NCBI GenBank assembly: GCA_038087875.1
Contig: CM075988.1
Span: 7,690,001 to 7,754,000 of the forward strand
Direction of reading: 5' to 3'
Origin: Malacoraja senta
Lineage: Eukaryota
Length of the DNA stretch: 64,000 nt
Of this stretch, positions 25,523 to 37,872 are shown one piece after another. Under the pieces are notes generated by a model. It searched no databases. It was given only the letters and a program-made list of their open reading frames with translations, and was not told the origin of the DNA. Within the stretch, counting starts at the first letter, position 1; the number at the start of each line of letters is the position of its first letter. The translations under genes were made by a program, and so were the position numbers.

Positions 25523-25663
25523 TCCCAATTTGGAAAAGTGTGTAAGAAGGAACTGCAGATGCTGCTTTACACGGAAGGTAGACACAAGATGCGGAATTTT
25601 GTGTCTGTCTTCGGTGTAAAGCAGCATCTGGAGTTCCTTCTTACACACTTTTCCAAATTGGGA
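25523..25663. repeat. 141-bp foldback hairpin built from the tail of the same repeat family
   Basis: tcccaatttggaaaagtgtgtaagaaggaact...agttccttcttacacacttttccaaattggga. Confidence 0.9.
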
Positions 25664-25974
25664 CAGGTTGCTGAGCATTCCTATTTTGGAAGGTCTCTCT
25701 CTGGCTGCCACCTTTCACTGTTGCTTTATGTCAGTGGCTTCCTTAGCCCCTCGTGTCCACATCTCCTCCCCTTGGTGTCATCTTCTTCAGCTTAGATATC
25801 CAGTGAAACTCAGTGTGGACTCAGGTGTGTCGCAGGTCCCTTGTTGCACAATGACTTCCAATAGTAGTTGGTCCCAGTGCATGTTAGAGGTCCACATTAT
25901 ACACAGAAAATGATGCAAATGATCATTGGGTCAGGCAGCGTGTGTGTGGAGAGAGAGACGGAGTTATGTTTCAT

Positions 25975-26288
25975 GTTTAGTTTTGTTTAGTTTAAAGATT
26001 TAGTGTGGAAACAGGCCCTTTGGCCCACCAAATCCACACCGACCTACATTCACCTAAACACTACTTTTATCCTACACCCTGGGGACAATTTACAGAAGCC
26101 AATTAACCTACAGACCTGTACGTCTCTAGCGTGTGGGAGGAAAACAGAGCATCCAGAGAAAACCCACGCGGTCACAGGGTCACAGGGAGAACGTACAAAC
26201 TCGGTACAGACAGCACCTGTAGTCAAGATTGAACCCGGGTCTCTGGCGCTGTGAGGCAGCAGCTTTACCGCTGCGCCACTGTGTCGCC
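25975..26288 (-). mobile_element. tRNA-derived SINE (HE1/V-SINE-like)
   Basis: Same family. Confidence 0.85.
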
Positions 26289-26659
26289 ATGTGTCAACTT
26301 GTGATGGGCGGTCCTGGACCCAACACAATAACAGGTTTTCTCTCTTCTCAGATGCTGCCTGACCCACTGAGTGCTTCCACCATTTTCAGTTTTCACTTCA
26401 GTTAAATTAGTTCGAGTAGATACATTTGATGGAGAGGAATATGTGTGATAAACCTTTATAACCAAAATTATGTTTGCAATAGGAATCCTGGGGTATCATG
26501 CAAGAACTATCTTCAGTTTTTGAATCTTCCACTTCTTGCTATGTACTGAGCAAGAGCATCATGTCCAAGGGGCTGTGTCCCACATGAACCCTCTTACACA
26601 AGGAACTCTGTGGCATGAATGAGAAGCCTGGTTAATCTGTTGTGTTTTTATCTATAGCA

Positions 26660-27568
26660 TCATCATCAAATCTGAAGCAGGCCACACAGGTTGATACTGT
26701 GGTTGGGAAGGCCTATGGGATGCTGCTTTTTGTTAGGCAGTCCATTCGGTACAAGAGCAGAGAGATTATGCTCCAACTCTTTAAACATTGGCCAGATGGA
26801 GCACAATGTGACCAAAATGACATGGTAGCACTGGAGAGGAGGCAATGCAGGATCTCACCTGGGATGGAGCAGTTCGAGGGGAGACAGGCGAGGTTAGGTC
26901 CGCTCTCCCTGGAATGGACGTGGTTAAGAGGGGATGCGATGAGGTATATAATGTTAGGAAGTGACGGCGCAGTGGTAGGGTTGCTGCCTTACAGCGCCAG
27001 CGACCTGGGTTCCTTCCTGATGACGGGTACCGACTGTACAGAGATCGTACGTTCTCCCCGTGACCTGCGTGAGTTTTCTCCGAGATCGCCGGTTTCATCA
27101 CACATTCCAAAGACGTACAGGTGTGTGGGTTAATTGGCTTGATAAAATTGTAAATTGGCCCTCGTGTGTGTAGGATAGTGCTAGTGTGTGGGGATCGCTG
27201 GTCGGCACAGACTCGGTGGGCCGAAGGGCCAGTTTCCTCGCTGTATCTCTAAACTAAACTAAGCTAAAAGAGGTGCACATGGGGTAGACTGCAGGAACCT
27301 TTTTCTCCAAATGAGGGGAAGGTCGTTAAATGAGGGGAAGTAGATCTGAAGGGAGACCATTTTTACCCAGTGAGTACATGGAACACAGAGAGTGGTGGAA
27401 GCAGAGTCACTGCCAGTGTATATCTCAACATACACTTAAATTTGCTCAGCATAGAAGATTATGGCTGAAGTGCTGCAAGATGGGGTTAATACGAACGGGT
27501 CCACACTGTCAGCATGGACATGGAGGGCCGAATGGCCTATTTCAATGTCTCCAGGACTTATGACTCAT
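26660..27568 (+). mobile_element. Old CR1 fragment interrupted by a SINE (26963-27262)
   Basis: QVDTVVGKAYGMLLF..SIRYKSREIMLQL. Confidence 0.7.
26963..27262 (+). mobile_element. tRNA-derived SINE (HE1/V-SINE-like)
   Basis: Same family, inserted in a CR1. Confidence 0.85.
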
Positions 27569-29249
27569 GGAAGAGCTAGAACAGTACAAGAACAGGCCCT
27601 TTGGCCCACAATTTCCGTGCCGAACATGATTATAAGCCATCACACATCTACCTGCACACATTGCATATTCCTCGCTGTCCTGTAGATCCATATGCCTTTC
27701 CAAAAGTCAGTCTACCCCACGACAGAAGGGGGAGAAGTTGTACAGTTTGATAGCCACAGGAAGAAGCATGTCCCGTGGCGTTCTGTGCTGCATCTTGGTG
27801 GAACCAGTCTGTTGCTGAAGGTGTTCCTCGGGTTGGATTTGAAGCGAGGATGATGTTGGCCTGTGCAAGACATGATGCCGTGTGCTACCTGAATGCCCAG
27901 GGAGCTGGCACAAGTACATACAATAACACAGAGGGTGCAGATTTATCTTGTCAGAGCTCTGCGGTACATATTGAGACAAATAGACACATCAAGCACCCAC
28001 TCATTAACAATCTGCTGCCGCTCCGATTTGCCCAGTGATCAGGAGAATGAAAATAAATTAGAATGTCTTAAATTAAGCTTCTTTGTTCTTTGCGCATAAA
28101 TTCTGTCCTTGAGGATTTGTGGCGGAGGGATTTATAGCAGACAGTGGCTGTCAGTCATTTCCACAGGCTTGATACCAGGATGACTGAGCCTCGATAGAGG
28201 TCCCTGGGGAGGCTGGTATCTGTAGCAGGTGAGCGTGAGACGACCAAATAAAACTTAAAAACCTGTGGAGATTTAAGAGCTGCAAGTACAAAGGAATGTA
28301 GAATGGGGTTAGTTGAGTGTGAAGAGCCCAATTTAATTCACACTGAAGCAGGGATTAAGAATTTATGGCTTTTGAAAGAGCTGATAATGAACCAAGCAAC
28401 CTTATCCTTGTCACTCCCTTGAGAAACAAATTGACTGTTTAATAAAATGGGATTGAGATCAAAATCCAGAAAGAGTTCCCTAGGGAAGGAAATGGGAGGG
28501 GGAAGGAGAGAAGCGTTTCCCTTGAGTCAGGTAACACAACAGCTCTCCCTCCCATTGCCCACCAAATCGTCTGTACTGAGTGCCTGTTCTGTCAGACAAG
28601 CTATTTGCTGACTGATAGTGTGTCACCTCCAATGGCCCCTGGGAGCAGGAACCTGGTTTTAGAGGAAACAGGGGGCGAGTGGTGTTTAAAAGCAGAGCAG
28701 ATTCTCTGCTCTTATAGACTGGAAACGTCACCCATTCCATATCTGCAGAGGCGCTGCCTGTCCCGCTGAGTTACTCCAGCATTTTGTGCCTATCTTCAGT
28801 GTAAACCAGCATCTGCAGCTCCTTCCTACACATGTCTCTGCTCTTACAGCAGCTTGGGATGGATTGGAGCAGAGAGGCCTTGACTTCATTGAAGCACCCA
28901 ACAATAGGGTAGGAGGCGGAGATCGACAGATTCTTGATTAGTATGGGTGTTAGGGGTTAAGGGATGAAGGCGGGAGAATGGGGTTCAGAGGGAAAGATAG
29001 ATCAGCCATGATTGAATGGAGGAGTAGACTAGATGGGCCAAATGGCCTGATTCTATTCCTGGAACTAATGAATTGTAGATGCTGGTTCATACCAGATGTA
29101 GATGAAAAGTGCTGGAGTAACACAGTGGGTCAGGCAGCATCTCTGGAGAAAAAGGATGGGTGACGTTTTGGATCAGGGCCCTACTTCAGACTGAAGGAGG
29201 GTCCCGATCAGTCGACAGTCTAAAGAAGGGTTAGCAAGACCTCATGCTC

Positions 29250-30305
29250 TTCAACTCTTCAATAACTTACACATAATCCCCTGATATTTCCATCACCTCC
29301 ATGCCATCACCAGTCGCATCCTCCCATCTCCACCCCTTCTGCAGAGACCGCTCCCTCCGCAACTCCGTGATTCACTCATCCCTTCCCACCCAAACCATCC
29401 CCTCTCCAGGTACTGTCCGCTGCAACCGCAGGAGATGTAACACCTGTCCCTATACCTCCACCCGGGCCTCCATCCAGAGACCCCAGCATTCCTTCCAGGC
29501 TGCGACAGGTTCATGCATACCTTATCTAACCTCATCTGCTGCATCCGTTGTTCCTGAGCTGACCGCCTGAACATCAGTGAGACCACGTGCCGATCCGGTG
29601 ACCGTTTCACTCAACATTTGCGCCCAGCCATCAAGACCAACTGGATCTCCCGGTTGCTAATCATTTTAACTCCCCTTCCCATTCCCACACTGACCTTTCT
29701 GTCCTGGGCCTCCTCCATTGCTAGAGTGAGGCCCCACACAAACTGGAGAACAAGCACCTCATATTTAGCTAGGGTAGCTTCAACGGTGTGAACATTGAAT
29801 TCTCCAATTGCAGGCAACCTCTAACAAACCCCCCCCCCCCCCCACCCCACCCCACCACATTCTTCTGCCCCCCCTCTTTTCAGTGCCCCACCTAGACATA
29901 CCAATCTCTCTCCTCCCCATCCCTTTTATCTCTCCCCTCTCCCTGCTCTGATTCCCCACTTCTTTATCTTCTCTCCCAATCCCTACTCCTACATTGGCCT
30001 CACGATTCACAACTCTTCAACCCCCTCGCCTGTGCCCACCTATTATCTGCTATGCTTTGTCTCCATCAGTCTGAAGAAGGGTCTCGACCCGAAACGTCAA
30101 CCCTTCCTACTCTCCAGAGATGCTGCCTGTCCCGTTGAGTTACTCCAACATTTTGTGTCATGCTTTGTCCTGCTTCTAGTCTTCCATCTTTCTTTTCCCC
30201 CATGCAATCAGTCTGAAGAATGGTTCCGATCAAAAATGTCACCTATCCACGTTCTCCAGAGATGCTGCCTGACCCGCTGAGTTTCTCCAGCACTTTGTGT
30301 CTTTT
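29250..30305 (+). mobile_element. Penelope-like element 3' part: GIY-YIG endonuclease remnant plus terminal repeat
   Basis: CNRRRCNTCPYTS and frameshifted PVANHFNS and LE.QHLIF motifs, then a polypyrimidine tract and two hammerhead-like repeat units (30071 and about 30213). Confidence 0.85.
30071..30098 (+). ncRNA. Minimal hammerhead-ribozyme-like core (PLE type)
   Basis: CTGAAGA-A-GGGTC-TC-GACCC-GAAA-CGTC, downstream of the Penelope GIY-YIG remnant. Confidence 0.55.
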
Positions 30306-30329
30306 TGAGAGCAGGATTGTTGTTCTGGC

Positions 30330-31380
30330 ACCATTCATTCAGAGTTACAATATTTGTCCTGTGCTCTGGAATCATTAGCTGTTAATCATCCAACAATGGT
30401 GATATCATCGGGAAATTAAAAAATGTCTGGGTGTAGAGTGAGTGGTGTCGGTAACTCAGCACACAGCCCCGAGGTGTACCTGTATTGAAGAGGTGATGTT
30501 ACTGCTTTGTACTGATTGTGGTCTGCCAATGAGGAAGTCAAAGATCCAGTTTAGTTTGGTTTAGATATACAGTACAGAAACAGGCCCTTCGGCCCACCAA
30601 GTCCGCACAGTCCAGTGATCCCCATATACTAACACTGTCCTGCACACCAGGGACGTTACAATTTTTACCAAAGCCAATTAAGCTTCAAATCTGTAAGACT
30701 CCAGAGTGTGGGAGGAAACCTGAGCACCTGGGGAAAACCCACGAGGTTACAGGGAGAACGTATAAACTCTGTACAACAGCACCCATAGTCAATATCAAAC
30801 CCGGGGCTCTGGCGCTGTAAGGCAACGACTCTACCGCAGCACTACTATGCCATGCAGTTATGTGGGGAAGAGCAGAGATCTCGTTCCCTGACTTTGATCG
30901 AATCTTTGGAGTTGATTACAATGTTGAATACCAAGCTGTAGTCGATGAATAACAACCTGACTTTGTCCAAGTGGTCCAGTGCTGAGTGGAGAGCCAGCGA
31001 GATTGCATCCCCTGTGACCTATTGAAGCGGTAGGAGAATTGCAGTGGGTGCAGGTTCTTACTAAGATAGGAGCTGATGTACATCAAAACCAACTTCACAA
31101 AGCACTTCACCACCACAGATGTTAGTAGTAATTGAGGAATTACCAGTATTATTGATGTCCTTTTAAACCAGGTGGGAACCTCATACCTCAGTAATGAGAA
31201 GGTGAAGATATCCATAAATGCTCCAGCCAGTTAGTCCATGCAGGTTTTAAGAATGCGTCAAGGTACACCATCACGAGTGGACCCTTTCTGAAAGTTCACC
31301 CTCATGAAGGATCTTCTGACGTCGGCCTCTACAACTGAGAATACAATGTCATCACAGATGATGAGGGCAGGAGAAGGTTC
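30330..31380 (-). mobile_element. Rex1/Babar-like LINE RT remnant, interrupted by a SINE (30550-30852)
   Basis: VPTWFKRTSII, KCFVKLVL and LHPLQFSYRFNRS; sequence resembling GVPRGCVLS is visible on the - strand near 30455-30480. Confidence 0.75.
30549..30852 (-). mobile_element. tRNA-derived SINE (HE1/V-SINE-like)
   Basis: Same family, inserted in the Rex1-like LINE. Confidence 0.85.
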
Positions 31381-32099
31381 AGATTAGGCACATTACTGTT
31401 CAAACTGCCCGCATGCTTTCTTTCTGGTGTTCAGTCGCACTGAATTATCGGACCCCTTCCCAGATTGAGGTGTCAGTAAATGAATTGAAACCCATTTAGC
31501 TCATTAGTGTTTAAATACCGCAGGGTGCTGCGGAAGTGATAAGATTAATGGAGGGACTTTGCAAGGTGAGATTGGGCCTTAAACACTTAATGAAAGATTT
31601 TATGACTGGATGGGCTGCAGTTCAGCCCTTTAATCATTGCTGCTTTGGTTCTGACATGAATTAAAATCCTTAGATGTCTCTTCATTTATTGTTCAGAGTT
31701 ACCGTTGGTTATCTTATTTGATTGACTGCAGCTCGCAATGTGAACGGACTGCTAACAGCAACAACATAAATTGTAACATTCTGGAGGATGCATTCAATAT
31801 CGTCTCTTCCCAAAGGTCTATTGTGTAAAGGCATTGTACCAGTGGTATTAAAGTGGGCAGATCAGAAGCATTCATTCAATTACTGCGTGGTGCTACATTC
31901 ATACTACCTCATCGTTACGTTCTTGCTGTTAGATGCAATAACTGAGGAGTCTGTTTTAATTTTTAATGATCTCACCCACTCTTTAATAATCTATGTATCT
32001 GCATGCATGAGTCTCTGTGCTCTATTGAAAATCTTGCTTCTTTCCGTACTTCCAGGCCAGGCATTAACAGTTAGGTTTAGGTTTGTTTATTGTCACGTA

Positions 32100-32425
32100 A
32101 AGGTTGTCAGGTGAATGTGTTCACCTTCGCTCAGTCCAACTTGGTCGGCTTAATGTCCCGGTTGCCAAACATTTAAACTCCCCTTTCCAGTTTCTCGTTT
32201 TCACCCAACAAACAGCTAACAATGGCCTGTTTCCTTTATCATCGTCACTTTTTTGCATATCTTTTATTCATTGTTCTTTATCTCTCTACATCATCATCTA
32301 TATCTCTTGTTTCCCTTTCCCCTGACTAATCTGAAGAAGGGTCTCGACCCGAAACGTCACCCATTCCGTCTCTCCAGAGATGCTGCCTGTCCCGCTGAGT
32401 TACTCCAGCTTTTTGTGTCTATTGC
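32100..32425 (+). mobile_element. Penelope-derived fragment with terminal repeat
   Basis: ccggttgccaaacatttaaactcccct matches 29650-29680, followed by the repeat with a hammerhead core at 32331-32358. Confidence 0.7.
32331..32358 (+). ncRNA. Minimal hammerhead-ribozyme-like core (PLE type)
   Basis: CTGAAGA-A-GGGTC-TC-GACCC-GAAA-CGTC. Confidence 0.55.
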
Positions 32426-32784
32426 CATGTAAAACCAATCTCCTCTGCCTGCACATGGTCCATATCCCTCCATCTCCTACATATCAACATGCATGCCTCT
32501 CTTAAAGCCTCTTAAATGCCAATATCATATCTTCCTCCATCATTGGTTGCTGTGTTCAGAACTCCCGTGTGCCTGCTACTGAAACTAATGGTATGCAATA
32601 GAGATTCTATGATTATTCTTAAGCTTGGCACAACATGTGGGATTTCTGAGTAGTTTAATTATATCAAAGTGATATCCACTAACAAGTATAGTCTGTCCTC
32701 GGGCTATAAACGTCTGACTCATCTTACTCCTACGTACAATCCCATAACATTACTAAATTCAAAAGTTGGCTTTACATACACATG

Positions 32785-33068
32785 TTTAGTTTTTTAGTTA
32801 GAGATACAGTGCGAAAACAGGCCGTTCGGCCCACCGAGTCAGCGCCGACCAGTGATCCCCATACACTAGCACTATCCTTTACGCTAGAGTCAATATACAA
32901 TTTTAACCTACAAACCTGTACATCTTTGGAGTGTGGGAGGAAAGCGGAGCACCCATGGAAAACCCACGCAGTCACAGGGAGAACGTGCAAACTCCATACA
33001 GACAGCATTCATCATCAAGATCGAACCGGGTCTCTGGCTCTGTAAAGGGCCTGCACTACTGACCACTG
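32785..33068 (-). mobile_element. tRNA-derived SINE (HE1/V-SINE-like)
   Basis: Same family. Confidence 0.8.
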
Positions 33069-33204
33069 TGGAATAATTATGAAATGTATTCCATTTCAAT
33101 CTTTACAACAGCTGGTTGGCTAAACCGCACCAAAGAATTGGTGTATCAGTAGTGTAAGGAAGTGGGAATGCTCAGGGCACTTTGGTCAAACAAACTCCTC
33201 AAAG

Positions 33205-33408
33205 TAGTGAAGGTAGACATAAAATGCTGGAGTAACTCAACAGGACAGGCAGCATCTCTAGATAGAAGGAATGGGTGACGTTTCGGGTTGAGACCCTTCT
33301 TCAGACTTCCCGTTCCTTCCATCCAGAGATGTTGCTTGTCCCGCTGAGTTACTCCAGCATTTTGTGCCTAACTCCGGTGTAAACCAGCATCTGCAGTTCC
33401 TTCCTACA
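33205..33408. repeat. Palindromic Penelope terminal-repeat element just upstream of PKNOX2 coding exon 2
   Basis: aaaatgctggagtaactca...tgagttactccagcatttt, with a hammerhead-like core on the - strand at 33277-33304. Confidence 0.8.
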
Positions 33409-33472
33409 AAGTGGTGTATTTTTCAGAGGTGAAGAACGATTGTAAAGCTTTCTTGTATCTTCTCCTCCACAG

Positions 33473-33609
33473 ATGACAGCCACGGCGCAGCAGACTACCA
33501 AGACGCAGCCAGTGCATATTCCAGCATCCTCCGCCACTGCTACTCCAGTAGCCACTGTACCACTTGACCCTCAGGCACAGCTGGAGTCTGACAAACGAGC
33601 AGTCTACAG
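33473..33609 (+). CDS. PKNOX2: PKNOX2 second coding exon (N-terminal region leading into the MEIS/PKNOX HR1 domain)
   Basis: Acceptor ttgtatcttctcctccacAG|ATG and donor TACAG|GTATAT. Translates MTATAQQTTKTQPVHIPASSATATPVATVPLDPQAQLESDKRAVY(R), versus recalled human MTATAQPPSKAQAVHISAPSAAASTPVPSAPIDPQAQLEADKRAVYR. I did not find the next exon (HPLFPLL...) in the window. Confidence 0.95.
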
Positions 33610-33677
33610 GTATATCCCAGTTATAAAAACTTCATACAGAGTGGCTGTGATAAATACGCAAAGTGACACATGGTTAT

Positions 33678-33985
33678 GTTTAGTTTAGCTAAGAGATACA
33701 GCATGGAAACAGGCCCTTCGGCCCACCGGGTCCGTGCCGACCAGCGATCCCCGCACATTAACATCATCCTACACCCACTAGGGAAAATGTTTACAATTAG
33801 CCCTACAAACCTGTACATCTTTGGAGTATGGGAAGAAACCGAAGATCTCGGAGAAAACCCACGCAGATCACGGGGAGAACGTACAAACTCCGTACAGACA
33901 GCACCCGTAGTTAGGATCGAACCCGAGTCTCTGACGCTGCAATCGCTGTAAGGCAGCAACTCTACCGCTGCGCCACCGTGACCGT
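33678..33985 (-). mobile_element. tRNA-derived SINE (HE1/V-SINE-like)
   Basis: Same family, about 70 bp downstream of the PKNOX2 exon. Confidence 0.85.
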
Positions 33986-34079
33986 GTGGATATGTAGCCA
34001 TGGAGCAGTAGGGCAGAAATGGCATTTGGTGGACCCATACCAGTGGGAAAGCATGGACAGAGCAGAGGGCAGTAATCTA

Positions 34080-34478
34080 ATCATACAGTGTGGACACAGG
34101 CCCTTCGGCCAACTTGCCCACAACGACCAACATGTCACATGTACACTAGTCCCACCTGAATGTATTCGGCCCATATCCCTCTAAACCTATCCTATCCACG
34201 TACCTGTCTAAATGTTTCTTAAACGTTGTTATAGTACCTGCCTCAACTCCCTCCTCCAGCAGCTCGTTACATACATCCACCACCCTTTGCGTGAAAAAGT
34301 TACCCCACAAGTTCCTTTTAAATCTTTCCCCCCTCAACTTAAACTTATGTCCTCTGGTTCCTGGTTCCCCTATTCTGGGCTAGAGACTCTGTGTGTCGAC
34401 TTGATCTATTCCTCTCAAGGTTTTGTACACCTCTATACGATCATCCTCCTGTGCTCCAAGGAATAAGAGTCCAGCCCT
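34080..34478 (-). mobile_element. CR1 3' fragment
   Basis: RGERFKRNL.GNFFTQRVV on the - strand. Confidence 0.85.
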
Positions 34479-34531
34479 AATGAAAAGGTATATGGAGTAA
34501 AGGTGTAAAATGCTTGCATTGTGCAAGATTC

Positions 34532-34965
34532 TGTGGATTGTCACCTTGTCGTGGTGGAGAAGCTTGTGTGGACCTGAAATCCTGAGAGCGATGCCGTCTG
34601 GAGCTATGCTCCTGGTAGGGCCACCCATGGTGGTAAGGTCGAGGGGGAGGTCTCTGACAAAGAGCAATCCAACCAAGACCTCAACGGTGGAACAGGAGGA
34701 GGACGATGGCTGACCTTAGTGGAGCGTCACGACGGCTGGGAAGGCGGATGAAGGCTGCAGCAGAAAAGGGTCTCCGGTCGTCATGGACTCCATTCCACTG
34801 GATCCTGACCCAGTTCTGTCAAGGACCGTGGGGTGTCTGTCTGTGCACCAGACAGTTAAACAACTGTCTGTGCTCCCCATGTTACACAAAGTCACTCACA
34901 GGCGTCCTCCATTTTGGGAATAACGCCATGGAGACACACATGGTCAGTCATGACTGAAGGGGGCC
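34532..34965 (+). mobile_element. RTE (Expander/Rex3-like) 5'UTR-derived element
   Basis: caccttgtcgtggtggag...ctatgctcctggtagggccacccatgg resembles the recalled 5' end of fish Expander/Rex3 RTE elements; no ORF follows. Confidence 0.6.
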
Positions 34966-35649
34966 TGAGAGAAGGAGTTAGACTGGTACAAAAATTGCAT
35001 TGTAAAGGTACAAAAACCATACACATAAACAGTGTAACAAATCTGTATACATAACAGGTAGGAGAGGTATGTGCAGAGTATGTGCAAATATGTCTCTAGT
35101 GCAGTTCAAAGAGGCAAGGGCAGACATTGTGTTCTATCAGCTGAACAAAATATGCAAGGATTTTAGATGACTTTCTGAATGTTGTGTTCCAAATAAGAAA
35201 AAAACACAATATATATCAATGACCTTTGGATACACCTTGCACAAGTCAATATTCTTGAGAAGTCTGAAAATCCATTACAAAATAATACTTTCAGGAGAAC
35301 AGAGAAAAAAATACAGGGGGTAGAAATATTAAAGGAAGATGAAAGTCTCAATGGTGATGTAAAAATTAAAATTCTGTTGTGGGTCAATGTCAACGGTACC
35401 AGGCAATATGTTGTTATGTTGGAGGGACTGAATATTAAAATTGGCTCCAGCATTTTCTTTCAGCTTCAGGATCTGTTTGACTGCTCATGAAACAAATAAA
35501 ATGAGAGACTTGCACCAGAGGTTCCACTGTTAATTATGCTTGAGTAGTATTGTTCTAGTTTCTGATAAGTAGAGATGGACAGCACTTAAACTTGCACCAG
35601 TTGCTAATGCTAATTTGACATGCCCAAAAATGGTAGATAATTAATATGT

Positions 35650-36062
35650 TGAGAGAATGGAGTGACTGGGCTTGTATTCTACTGGAATTTAGAAGGATGA
35701 GAGGGAATCTTATAGAAACATATACAATTATTAAGGGATTGGGCACGCTGGATGCAGGAAACATGTTCCCGATGTTCGGGGAGTCCAGAACCAGGGGTAG
35801 GCCCTTTAGAACTGAGATGAGGAAAAACTTTTTCACACAGAGAGTTGTGAATTTGTGGAATTCTCTGCCTCAGAAGGCAGTGGAGGCCGATTCATTGGAT
35901 GCATTCAAAAGAGAATTAGATAGAGCTCCTAGGGCTCGCGGAATCAAGGGGTATGGGGAGAAGGCAGGAACGGGGTACTGATTGTGGATGATCAACCATG
36001 ATCACATTGAATGGCGGTGCTGGCTCGAAGGGCCGAATGGCCTACTCCTGCAAATGTTGTCT
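35650..36062 (+). mobile_element. CR1 3' fragment
   Basis: LEFRRMRGNLIETY...FFTQRVVNLWNSLP. Confidence 0.85.
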
Positions 36063-36123
36063 GTGTATTCATAATGACAAATCAGTGTTATTCCCTAGAC
36101 TCCCATCTATTTCCCCCCTTACC

Positions 36124-36181
36124 TCCCCCTCTCCCCTCTCCCCTCTCCCCTCTCCCCTCTCCCCTCTCCCCTCGCCCCTCC
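36124..36181. repeat. (CCCTCTC)n microsatellite
   Basis: Direct inspection. Confidence 0.9.
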
Positions 36182-36431
36182 TACTACTTTCCTCCCTCTA
36201 TCATCACAATTTGCAGATTTTCAACCCTGTCCCACACCCTTCTGCTTTTTTCTCGGGCTTTATTCCAACCATCTTCCTGTCAATAGCTGCCAATGGCCTC
36301 CCTCGCCTATGTCCATCTATTACTTGCCACGCTTTGTCCTGCCTCTCCCCACTTCTAGCTTTCTTCTCCCCCTCTTACAATCAGTCTGCAGAAGGGTCTC
36401 AATCCGAAAAACATCATCAACCCAAGTTTTT

Positions 36432-36651
36432 TGTTTTAGTTTTTAGTTTTAGTGATACAGCGCAGAAACAGCCCCTTCGGCCCACCGGGTCCAGCAATCC
36501 CTGCATATTAACACTATCCTACACACACTAGGGACAATTTTTACATTTACCAAGCCAATTAACCTACATACCTGCACGTCTTTGGAGTGTGGGAGGAAAC
36601 CGAAGATCTTGGAGAAAACCCACACAGAACATGCAAACTCCATGCAGACAG
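36432..36651 (-). mobile_element. Partial tRNA-derived SINE
   Basis: 3' two-thirds of the same family. Confidence 0.8.
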
Positions 36652-37646
36652 TTCTGTAGAGATGCTGCTTGCCTGTCTGCTGCTGAGTTACTCCAGCACT
36701 TTGTGTCCTTTTGTGTATTAACCAGCATCTGCAGTTCCATGTTTCTACAAAGTAGCTCATCGATTGATTTGGATTTCATCTTTGATAAATATCCGGATAA
36801 ATTTCACCAGTAAGATAATATGTTAGAAAGATCATCATATATTTCTTGTTAGATAGATATCCTAATGGGGTCGAGCAAAGAAGAGACCTGTGGCTTTTGG
36901 GTCCCAAATCACTGAAAGTAGCATTGTAATCTCAGTAAAAATGCGTCAAAGCATTAGATTAAAAAGTAGAGAAGTTATGTTGAACTTGTTTAGATCACAT
37001 GGTTAGATCACACTTTCACACCTGAACAGTTGATTTCTGAACAGTTGAAGATAGACACAAAAAGCTGGAGTAACTCAGTGGCACATGAAGCATCTCTGGC
37101 GAGAAGGAATGGGTGGCGTTTCGGGTCGAGACCTTTGAACAGTTGATCTCTATTGTACAAAAGATAATGAGCCACTGTAGAAATGTTTTTTTTAAATGAT
37201 TTATTCAATGACACAAGTGATTGTGTTTCTGTCAGAAAGTATTATATCTTAGTAACTAAACCGAATAGGGTGATAATAAACATATTTGAGTTTATGGACA
37301 ATTTAATAGAAGTAGATTAATTCCTCTTGAGATTAAACCAGTATCTAGGCAGGGCGGTCAGTCATATCTAAGGTACCACTTACCCTTGACTCAAAATGTT
37401 GAGCACAAAATTACGGAGTAACGCTGAGGGATTACCACACTTCTATTGATGGTTTCATTCACATGAGACCAAGCGATGTCTATCCTGAGATGAAGTTTTA
37501 AAGATTTAAAGGTACGTATCAAAGAATAACATTACAGTTGGACACCACAATTTGTCTCTCAACCAACTTATTTTATGCTGTTGCTTTGTTTTAACTTCAC
37601 TTGGTGCTCATTCATCTCTTGAGCACCTCCTCCAAAATCAGAAAAT

Positions 37647-37872
37647 ATTCTGGAACTCTCTGCCACAGAAGGTAGTTGAGGCCAGTTCATTGGCTATATT
37701 TAAGAGGGAGTTAGATGTGGCCCTTGTGGCTAAAGGGATCAGAGGGTATGGAGAGAAGGCAGGTATGGGATACTGAGTTGGATGATCAGCCATGATCATA
37801 TTGAATGGCGGTGCAGGCTCGAAAGGCCGAATGGCCTACTCCTGCACCTATTTTCTATGTTTCTATGTTTCT
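37647..37872 (+). mobile_element. CR1 3' end, near-identical to 25145-25358
   Basis: WNSLPQKVVEASSLAIFKRELD and a ttctatgtttctatgtttct tail. Confidence 0.85.

Noticed and set aside
35163..35453. 96-aa - strand ORF and purine-rich + strand stretch
   Set aside because: No recognisable protein similarity or convincing splice sites.
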